Shown here: piece by piece, positions 57,051 through 64,000 of the stretch
Position numbering within the stretch: the first letter of the stretch is position 1
How the letters are laid out: every line of letters begins with the position of its first letter
NCBI GenBank assembly: GCA_964630905.1
Contig: CAZVWR010000009.1
Coordinates: forward strand, 208 to 64,207
Direction of reading: 5' to 3'
DNA: 64,000 bases
Origin: an uncultured Spirochaetales bacterium
GTDB taxonomy: Bacteria; UBP6; UBA1177
Position numbers and translations under genes: made by a program
The notes under the pieces: generated by a model
Databases searched by the model: none
The model's input: the letters and a program-made list of their open reading frames with translations, nothing else
What the model was told of the DNA's origin: nothing

Positions 57051-58367
57051 TTATTTAAGAACTCTTTCAATTCTTTTAAGGCCTTCGAGGATATCTTCCT
57101 CCTTAACATCGAGGAACGGTCTGAATCTGACGGAAACATCTCCGCATGGAAGAACGATGAGATTTTCCTTTGTCATACAGTCATTGAGAAATTTCTTGCG
57201 TGCATCCTTGCTTTCAAGGTCAAAAGATACAAAAAGCCCCTTCCCCCTTACATTGGAAACTTTGCCTGTCTTTTTTGCGATCTTTTCAAGCCCAGTGACG
57301 AGAACCTTTCCCATTTTCCTGGCATTATCAAGAAGTTTGTCATCTCTAATTATTTCAAGATAACGGGTTACTCTTTTCATATCGACAATGCTTCCGCCCC
57401 ATGTCGAATTTATTCTGCTCGATTCTGCAAAGACATTGTTGGGAACTTCAAGAACCCTGTCACCCACCATTATGCCGCATATCTGGAATTTTTTACCGAA
57501 ACAGATAACATCCGGCTTCACACCGTAGTGTTCGTGAGCCCACATTTTTCCTGTTATACCGCCGCCTGACTGTACTTCGTCAAAAATAAGAAGAAATTCA
57601 TATTTGTCAGCAAGTTTTCTCAGTTCTTCCATATATTCCGGTCTGAAATGGTTGTCTCCGCCTTCACCCTGGATCGGTTCAATTATGAGCCCTGCAATGT
57701 CATCTTTATACTTTTTGCATGCTTCAGTTATCTGTGCAATGGATTTTTTTTCAGCTTCCTTAACTTTTTTGAGAGTTGCTTCATTCATCGGGAATATCAT
57801 CTTCGGATTTTCAACTCTCGGCCAGTCAAACATCGGGAAATACTGATATTTTCTCGGATCTGATGTGTTGGTCATGCTCAAAGTATAACCTGTTCTGCCG
57901 TGGAAGGACTGTTTGAAATGGATGATCTTTGTCCCTTTTTCGGTCTTGATCCCTTTAGCGAAGTTCTTTCTCACTTTCCAGTCGAAAGCAGTTTTTAAAG
58001 CGTTCTCTACGGCAAGTGCTCCGCCTGATATGAAAAACATTTTCTTCATATATTTAGGCATTGCGACTTCCGCCATTATCTGTGTGAATTCAGCCATTGT
58101 CGTTGTGTAGAAATCGCTGTTTGAAATGTTGTGCAAAGAAATGCGTCCGATCTCCTCAATGAATTTCCTGTTATTCATTTTCGGATGATTGAATCCCAGC
58201 GGCATTGATGCAAAAAACGAAAAGAAATCGAGATATTCCTTTTTATGTTTTGCGTCATAAAGATAACTTCCGTGACTTTTTTCAGCGTCCACGACAATGT
58301 CATATCCGTCACAAAGGATATATTTTCCAAGAATTTCATGAACCTGTTTAGCATTGATCTTTTTCAT
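57051..58367 (-). CDS. lat: class III PLP aminotransferase, L-lysine 6-transaminase type
   Basis: 438 aa, collinear with LAT. Has GGALAVENALKTAFDWK, EPIQGEGGDNHFRPEY, LIFDEVQSGGGITG, FGKKFQICG and NSTWGG. Confidence 0.85.
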   Translation of the reverse strand: MKKINAKQVHEILGKYILCDGYDIVVDAEKSHGSYLYDAKHKKEYLDFFSFFASMPLGFNHPKMNNRKFIEEIGRISLHNISNSDFYTTTMAEFTQIMAEVAMPKYMKKMFFISGGALAVENALKTAFDWKVRKNFAKGIKTEKGTKIIHFKQSFHGRTGYTLSMTNTSDPRKYQYFPMFDWPRVENPKMIFPMNEATLKKVKEAEKKSIAQITEACKKYKDDIAGLIIEPIQGEGGDNHFRPEYMEELRKLADKYEFLLIFDEVQSGGGITGKMWAHEHYGVKPDVICFGKKFQICGIMVGDRVLEVPNNVFAESSRINSTWGGSIVDMKRVTRYLEIIRDDKLLDNARKMGKVLVTGLEKIAKKTGKVSNVRGKGLFVSFDLESKDARKKFLNDCMTKENLIVLPCGDVSVRFRPFLDVKEEDILEGLKRIERVLK

Positions 58368-59064
58368 TTAACCCTCCTTTTGAATGAACATATTCTGATA
58401 TTATTAACTGAAGTTTTTCAGCAACACTTTTTCTTGAATCCCCTTCTTCAATTTTTACAGGAGGGAAAATTTTCATATAGACTGTTCCCTTGTTTACTGT
58501 CAGTTTCCCCGGCCGCATTATCTTGTCAACACCTGTCAAAGCAACGGGAAGTATCGTTTTCCCTGTTTCAAATGCAAGCGAAAATGCCCCGCTTTTAAAT
58601 TTTCCGACCCTTCCGTCCTTTGATCTTGTCCCTTCCGGAAAAACAAGGAACGAACAATGTTTCATTTTTTGAGCCGCTTTTTTGAGATCTCTCACAGCTT
58701 CACGCTGGTTGTTCCTGTTCACAAAAACAAAATCATAAAGTACCATCAACTGTCCGAAAACAGGGATCCTTGAGAGTTCTTTTTTTGCAAATATCCTCAA
58801 GTTAAGCGGTAATACTGCACCTATTACAGGGATGTCAAAAACACTCTGGTGGTTGCCGACAACAAGATATATTTCGTTTTCATCAACATTTTCAATTCCT
58901 TCGGCAACTATTTTGACTCCGCAAATTTTTAAAACGACAATAAAAAGGTTCCTCACAAGATATTTTCCAGTCTTTTTGCCACTTAAAATATAAAACGGAT
59001 AAAGCAGAGCTCCCCAGATCACATAAAAGATCAGAAAGATAAGTCCTGCGGAATATCTGAGCAT
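58348..59064 (-). CDS. plsC: 1-acyl-sn-glycerol-3-phosphate acyltransferase
   Basis: 238 aa with an N-terminal TM. HX4D in VGNHQSVFDIP. FPEGTRSKDG motif. Confidence 0.85.
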   Translation of the reverse strand: MLRYSAGLIFLIFYVIWGALLYPFYILSGKKTGKYLVRNLFIVVLKICGVKIVAEGIENVDENEIYLVVGNHQSVFDIPVIGAVLPLNLRIFAKKELSRIPVFGQLMVLYDFVFVNRNNQREAVRDLKKAAQKMKHCSFLVFPEGTRSKDGRVGKFKSGAFSLAFETGKTILPVALTGVDKIMRPGKLTVNKGTVYMKIFPPVKIEEGDSRKSVAEKLQLIISEYVHSKGGLNEKDQC

Positions 59065-61125
59065 TTACTGTTTGACCTCTTTCTTTTGTTCCTCTTCCTT
59101 TTTCTTTTCCTCTTCCTTTTTTTTCTGCTCCTCTTCTAATTGAGCAGGTGTCATGAAAGGTTCCTTATTCCGGCCTATCATAACTGCACTCCTTCCGGTC
59201 ATTCTGTTGTATTCGTCAAATTTTACCGGAGTGCCTGAAAGGATCGATGTAAATTCTGTCCCGTTAAGTGCAGAAACAAACCCTGAAACATCTTTTTTGC
59301 CCGATCTTTCAAGTCCTGTGAACAGTATTTCACACACTTCGGCAATAAAATTCTCAATGAAATAAAGACCTCTTCCGTTCTTTTCACTGAAATTTTTTGT
59401 GATCTCTGAATATGCCTTGTTAGAATCTGAAAAGTTATTGACAGGAGCATAGACTATCATTCCGTCAATCGTTGTTCCAAGCTGTTCTATAACTTTTTCA
59501 CTGCTTACAAGCTCAGACGGTGCGATAACGAGTATCTGCTGAATGTCCCAGTCATAACCGGCTTCGCGAAGATCCTGTTCTCTTCCTGCAACATTTCTGT
59601 TCAGATATTTCTGGTAATATTCAAACTCGACATTCATATAGGGAAATGAAGGAAGGAACATCGGCATGTGAAAAACAGGTGTGGCGACAACAAGAGCGTC
59701 AAAATCACATTTACCGGGAATTGTCTTTGCAAGTCTTTCCAGAGCTCTCCTCATCAAGGTGTCATTGTTAAACTTTTCCTTGTTCTTCCATCTGAAGAGC
59801 TTAATGGCCTCGTCATAGTTGTCCGGTTTTCCGATCACCTTTTCCACATCATCAAAAAAGGCGTTGTCTCCGGGCGAGAGATCGAGCAGATCTGTCACGC
59901 TTCCACCCATATCCTCAATATTCTTCCAGTACATATCTCTCAGGATGCGACCTTCCCTGTTGTCAAGATATGCGATAGCGAATTTTTTCTTTTCTCTTTC
60001 ATTAACAGCATATCTGATAATGTTCTCCGATTCGCTGTCTTTTGACGGCATGACATTATAAAAAAGCCCTTTCAATGTTGAGATGTAAGGTATGTAGGAA
60101 ACAACAGGTATTGCTGTCTCAAGCGATCTTTCTTTGAATGTCTGTGCAAATTCGGGGGCGAAAAAAGGTCCTGCGACGGCAAAACATTTTATCTCTTTCG
60201 CCTTTTCAAACAGTTTGTCAATGTCGGTTTCATCAAGATAATTTAAAAATGTGAGCTGTATTCCGCTCTTTCTGTAATCTTTAAAATACCATGTTATGAA
60301 TGAAGTAATCACTTCGTTGAACTTTGTCCATTTTTCATCGTTTGAAAGTGCAACACAGAGATTGTTCCAGTCGGGCACGCGGGTTGCATCATAAGTTTCA
60401 TCAATCGGAATTTCTTCAATTATTTCAGAATCTTCTTCAAGTTTTTTCATTTCATCGAGAACTTCTTCTTTCATGTTTTCAGGAATATCCCCGCTTTTCC
60501 CGCCGGGCTCCATTGACAGATAGTTGTTGAAATCACTTCTATTCGTCTGAGATCTGTTCATCCACTCTTCAAGTTCAACTTTTGCATTTTCCTTTTTCAC
60601 ATCGTCAAGAGCCGAGTACCATGTCGCCGCTTTTTCAACCCTTTTGGAATAAAGGTAGGCAAGCAGTACTGTTTTTGACCCTCTGACCTTCTCCTCTTTT
60701 CCGAGTTTGAGATATATTGAAAGAATCCATTTCAGAGCTTCATCGTATTTACCGGTCTTAAGAGCCGCTTCGCCTGCCGTAAGATGAGTTTCGTTCACAA
60801 AAGGTTTTACACCCTTGAGTTCATTGAATATTTCAAGAGATCTATCATATTGCCCTTTGTTAACAAATGCTTTTGCAAGTCTGAATTTTATGAATTCATA
60901 CTGCCACTTAGCCCATCTGAGCTTAAGCATTTCGCCCGAAAATGTTTCAATCCCTGCGTGATCTGAAACGGCCTCAAGGGAGTGATACTTCGCTTCAACC
61001 TCTTCCCATGTGAGTTCCGGTGTTGAAGCCGCAGGTCTTGTAACATATGAACACGCTGACATAAAAAAAAGCGCTGTCATCAGGGTCAGAATGGAAATTG
61101 TCGATCTTTTCATAAGCCACCTCAC
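59065..61125 (-). CDS. lipoprotein with N-terminal TPR region and C-terminal periplasmic-binding-protein-like domain (LpoA/LppC-like), K/E-rich tail
   Basis: 686 aa. Signal/lipobox ILTLMTALFFMSAC. TPR-like helices, then a type-1 PBP-like alpha/beta region. Ends EEEQKKKEEEKKKEEEQKKEVKQ. The family call is tentative. Confidence 0.4.
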   Translation of the reverse strand: MRWLMKRSTISILTLMTALFFMSACSYVTRPAASTPELTWEEVEAKYHSLEAVSDHAGIETFSGEMLKLRWAKWQYEFIKFRLAKAFVNKGQYDRSLEIFNELKGVKPFVNETHLTAGEAALKTGKYDEALKWILSIYLKLGKEEKVRGSKTVLLAYLYSKRVEKAATWYSALDDVKKENAKVELEEWMNRSQTNRSDFNNYLSMEPGGKSGDIPENMKEEVLDEMKKLEEDSEIIEEIPIDETYDATRVPDWNNLCVALSNDEKWTKFNEVITSFITWYFKDYRKSGIQLTFLNYLDETDIDKLFEKAKEIKCFAVAGPFFAPEFAQTFKERSLETAIPVVSYIPYISTLKGLFYNVMPSKDSESENIIRYAVNEREKKKFAIAYLDNREGRILRDMYWKNIEDMGGSVTDLLDLSPGDNAFFDDVEKVIGKPDNYDEAIKLFRWKNKEKFNNDTLMRRALERLAKTIPGKCDFDALVVATPVFHMPMFLPSFPYMNVEFEYYQKYLNRNVAGREQDLREAGYDWDIQQILVIAPSELVSSEKVIEQLGTTIDGMIVYAPVNNFSDSNKAYSEITKNFSEKNGRGLYFIENFIAEVCEILFTGLERSGKKDVSGFVSALNGTEFTSILSGTPVKFDEYNRMTGRSAVMIGRNKEPFMTPAQLEEEQKKKEEEKKKEEEQKKEVKQ

Positions 61126-61230
61126 TTTTTCTAAAGCGGTATACTATACAAAGAATCTTAATAATCAAGTTATGATTCTTTTAATACCTAAAATTTAAAT
61201 TTAAGTTTATATGATGGGATGATTTGTTTT

Positions 61231-62850
61231 TTACTCTTCAAACGGACAGACACTCTCTTCTTTGCAATAGCAGTCCATATCTCTGAGAATATACCCTGCT
61301 TTATACATCGGCTGCCAGAAAAGGTATTTGTTTTCAAATGTGGCATAACCATGTCCGTAACTTGTCTGATTTTCAATTGGTTTTGAACAATATGTTTTTC
61401 CTTTATCAATTCTATAATAACAAAGCTTTCCGTCTTCCTGATATCCGCTTTCGTTCATCACATAATTCTCTTCATACAGAATAACATTTGATTTGAATTC
61501 CATTAGCCAGATACTTAAAAATGCGGTTTCTGTTGACGGTATTTCAAACTCCCGCTCTATTTTCCATGGTTCTTTGGAAATGTCAACCACAACCATCTTA
61601 TTGGCAGGACCACCCTCAACAATTGATCTGTAAATTATGCGGTTGGGATTGTCCCTATCAAATTTTGGAAATCCCGCAGATTCCCCTTCTCTTGAAATTT
61701 TCTTGCAGTCGCTGAGACTTTTCGGACTTTTTGAAAGATCACAGATGTATGAGGTGTTTGTTGCAATATGGGCAAACATTGCCTTATCACCGGCAATTGA
61801 AAGCTCCCCCGCCTTGCCGTCAGGATTACCGTGTGCAAGTGTCGTCCATTTCCATTCTCCTGTCTTTGCATACATTAATGACCGGTTACCGTCGCTTGCG
61901 GGGTTTTCTCCCTTGTCAAAATGATTTACCCCTATTATTGTCCATTCTTTTGTAATAAATGGGGCTGCATCAATCAGAGTCATGTTGTTATCATCATCGT
62001 ATATGACCCGATATTTAAAATTGTCTTTATATTCTTCAATTGATATTATCCATGAGTGAGCGTCTGTTGTTGAATCATCTTTCCTGTACATACTGATTCC
62101 ATCTGTTATTATAATTCCGTTCATATACTGAGGATATACAGGAACCCCGGGAATAACCATATATTTTCCTGTTGAAATATCATACATTACAGCTCTCTGA
62201 CCATGATAACCCGGGAACTGCTCAATTTTTTCCTTGTCTCCGATCCTGTAATTGTATAGTCTGAAAACTACTTTACCTCCATCCATATTGCTTTCCCTGC
62301 TAATACCTGAAAAAGAATTTGCCCATGTCCTGGGATTAAGAAATATATCACATTTATGAACATATCCGGGCATCAGTTCAGGTGGCATAGGTTTAACATC
62401 CCATTCACACGGCCACGGATAACATTCAGCAATTAACTCGTTGTCTTCAAATTCCCCGTTTTTATACTTGTCGTAAACTTCCTTATTCAGATCCTTCCAA
62501 AGAGATTTTACACACTGCGGATCATATTCATCAGGTGTGTCGCATGGACGGCAGAAATGGATTGTGCCGTCTTGTCTATAATAAGGATATTTTGCATCCA
62601 TAGGATATGGACAGTACATATCGACATCAGGGGTTTCAGAATCACCATCGGTATCCAGTTTTTCGCTGTCACCGTCGATCATGTCGGGATCGGGTGTTAC
62701 ACTGTCCAGATCGGTTTTGATTTGATCCTGATCGATCAAACTCGAATCTTTGTCAGGAGAAGTATCAATATCAGTTTTTGTTTCACCTGAATTACACGAA
62801 GTGCAAGACCATAAAACTGACAGTAGAAACATTATCAATATGTTACGCAT
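61231..62850 (-). CDS. hypothetical lipoprotein with Asp-rich (calcium-binding-like) linker
   Basis: About 539 aa from MRNILIMFLLSVLWSC (GGAGG Shine-Dalgarno 8 nt upstream). D-rich DLDSVTPDPDMIDGDSEKLDTDGDSETPDVD, then a large beta-rich domain. The track start at 62937 is rejected. Confidence 0.6.
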   Translation of the reverse strand: MRNILIMFLLSVLWSCTSCNSGETKTDIDTSPDKDSSLIDQDQIKTDLDSVTPDPDMIDGDSEKLDTDGDSETPDVDMYCPYPMDAKYPYYRQDGTIHFCRPCDTPDEYDPQCVKSLWKDLNKEVYDKYKNGEFEDNELIAECYPWPCEWDVKPMPPELMPGYVHKCDIFLNPRTWANSFSGISRESNMDGGKVVFRLYNYRIGDKEKIEQFPGYHGQRAVMYDISTGKYMVIPGVPVYPQYMNGIIITDGISMYRKDDSTTDAHSWIISIEEYKDNFKYRVIYDDDNNMTLIDAAPFITKEWTIIGVNHFDKGENPASDGNRSLMYAKTGEWKWTTLAHGNPDGKAGELSIAGDKAMFAHIATNTSYICDLSKSPKSLSDCKKISREGESAGFPKFDRDNPNRIIYRSIVEGGPANKMVVVDISKEPWKIEREFEIPSTETAFLSIWLMEFKSNVILYEENYVMNESGYQEDGKLCYYRIDKGKTYCSKPIENQTSYGHGYATFENKYLFWQPMYKAGYILRDMDCYCKEESVCPFEE

Positions 62851-62881
62851 TGAGAAACCTCCGGTTTCCGGTGAAACCTTT

Positions 62882-63862
62882 CTATATTGAATTAATTTCC
62901 TGTTCAAGCATTGAAAGTCCGTTAATAATGTCATCAAAAGACGGATACTCGCCGAATATCATATTCTGCATGTCCCTGTAATCATTTTTCATGAATTTCA
63001 GGACATGGTCAGGCGGAATGAGCTTCATTGTTCCGGGAACCGCCAGATCATACCTCGCCCAGCCTCTTGGATAGAACCTTTTTTTAAAAGCCGTTACACT
63101 TTCAAGGAGATCAATGTCTTTCAATGCGGACTCTCTGATAACACTTCTGCTCAACATGAACATATCATAATAATGTCTTGAGTATCTCGCAGGAACAGGA
63201 CTGCTCTCAGGCCGGTGAGCTTCGTGATGAAGGATCGTCACCTTCTCCCAGAATGTCCTTTCCGCTTTTATTGATCTTAAACCGCATTCGTGATCTTTAA
63301 TCAGTTCGGGGAAAACATCATGCAGATAAGGGGTTATAATATATCTGTCATTCGGAACCCATGAGGCAAGAGGTCCAATCTCCAGTTTGACTCTAGGTGC
63401 AATATACTGATCTGAAAAAGACTCGGGATAAGTGACCTGAAGAATATGAGGATCTTTTTTATCTTCTTCCACTGAACACGCAGGGCTTAATACAGCACTT
63501 ATTTTTTCCCTTAATTCTCCGGAAATGAAAGCGGATGCCGATTCATCGATCGCACTGTTCATCTTAGCCTGTTTTGTTCCGGACATTGGAGCCAGAGGAT
63601 CGGATTCCGTTAACAGCCGCCAGTCAAGGATCAGATCAATATCTTCAGAAAATCTTTCAATGACTTTAAAAACTTTTGAAAGCGATGTTCCGCCTTTAAA
63701 AAGCATGATCTTTGATAAGTATTCATCGGCAAAGATCTTTCTGAGAACCCAGCAGACCCAGAAATCCTTTTCCATAATTGCAGGAGGTATCCCTTTTCTA
63801 TAAGCTGCTTCCTGAAATATGTCCTTTCTGTCGTCAGCACTTAATTTTACGATGTTTTCCAT
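62882..63862 (-). CDS. AbiEii/AbiGii-family nucleotidyltransferase toxin (type IV TA, DUF1814)
   Basis: 326 aa. Has PPAIMEKDFWVCWVL...MLFKGGTSLSKVFKVIERFSEDIDLIL, the family signature. Confidence 0.85.
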   Translation of the reverse strand: MENIVKLSADDRKDIFQEAAYRKGIPPAIMEKDFWVCWVLRKIFADEYLSKIMLFKGGTSLSKVFKVIERFSEDIDLILDWRLLTESDPLAPMSGTKQAKMNSAIDESASAFISGELREKISAVLSPACSVEEDKKDPHILQVTYPESFSDQYIAPRVKLEIGPLASWVPNDRYIITPYLHDVFPELIKDHECGLRSIKAERTFWEKVTILHHEAHRPESSPVPARYSRHYYDMFMLSRSVIRESALKDIDLLESVTAFKKRFYPRGWARYDLAVPGTMKLIPPDHVLKFMKNDYRDMQNMIFGEYPSFDDIINGLSMLEQEINSI

Positions 63863-63865
63863 TGT

Positions 63866-64000
63866 TTAATCCTGACATATCTTTTTAATTATTTCATAAA
63901 CCCATGCCGTTGTCTTTTCCGTATCTTTAAGCACCTTTCTCCGTTCATCGCCTGTCAGAAAATCTCTTACTGAATCTATCGTATCCGGTGAAACATTCTC
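63866..64000 (-). CDS. 3' end of the upstream partner gene (putative AbiEi-type antitoxin), partial
   Basis: Open frame to the window edge, ending ...ENVSPDTIDSVRDFLTGDERRKVLKDTEKTTAWVYEIIKKICQD*. The stop lies 3 nt before the AbiEii ATG. The call rests on position only. Confidence 0.4.
   Translation of the reverse strand, partial: ENVSPDTIDSVRDFLTGDERRKVLKDTEKTTAWVYEIIKKICQD

Noticed and set aside
57051-58367. The aminotransferase next to the fusion genes as the missing phosphonoacetaldehyde (AEP) transaminase of the phosphonate pathway.
   Set aside because: It is collinear with class III L-lysine 6-transaminase (LAT). Known AEP transaminases are class V (PhnW/AepZ). Adjacency alone (12-nt gap) is not enough, though a moonlighting role cannot be excluded without an assay.
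61150-61181. Hairpin AAAGAATC, 16-nt loop, GATTCTTT downstream of 61231..62850 as an intrinsic terminator.
   Set aside because: The loop is large and no U-tract follows on the minus strand. It could be a protein-binding inverted repeat, but I cannot support a terminator call.

Overview
Annotation is by eye from the sequence and ORF track only; no search or computation was run. This is a densely coding (about 90%) chromosomal segment from a low-GC (roughly 38-40% G+C by eye) diderm bacterium. Diderm evidence: MlaD, an LpoA-like protein and many lipobox lipoproteins. I cannot assign a taxon. I found no rRNA, tRNA, CRISPR array, integrase or transposase.

Housekeeping backbone: serS, leuS-holA, folP-cdaA-cdaR-glmM-acpS, rlmI, birA, moeA, pabB-pabC with a separate pabA, a GH13 amylase, an exported Fe/Mn-SOD plus tpx, lat and plsC. 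There is also a peptidoglycan-recycling group (NamZ, an AmiE-like serine hydrolase, an M23-like lipoprotein).

Accessory content:
1. Best candidate for an undescribed system, 46.4-57.0 kb, minus strand. A Fom1/Fom2/FomC-type phosphonate module is present: a cytidylyltransferase::PEP-mutase fusion with the EDKx5NS motif, a phosphonopyruvate decarboxylase and an Fe-ADH. It sits beside a TagB/TagF-type phosphotransferase that is flanked by two large paralogous fusion proteins (YidC/Oxa1-like core, extra TM segments, sulfatase/LtaS-like ectodomain). I read this as a CMP-2-hydroxyethylphosphonate-dependent envelope polymer or decoration pathway.
2. Three secreted proteins carry long uninterrupted G-[DN]-[TS] triplet arrays encoded by 9-bp-periodic repeats. 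Two lie near a GT39/PMT-like glycosyltransferase and one lies directly downstream of the phosphonate genes.
3. A roughly 70-nt near-identical upstream element is shared by two lipoprotein genes, with a related third copy.
4. Four nucleotidyltransferase-fold toxin-antitoxin-like modules: wHTH+NTase with operator palindromes, NTase+80-aa partner, an orphan MNT, and AbiEii at the right edge.
5. A small island holds a truncated DUF4143 ATPase, tandem Sel1-like paralogs and a RhuM-family gene.
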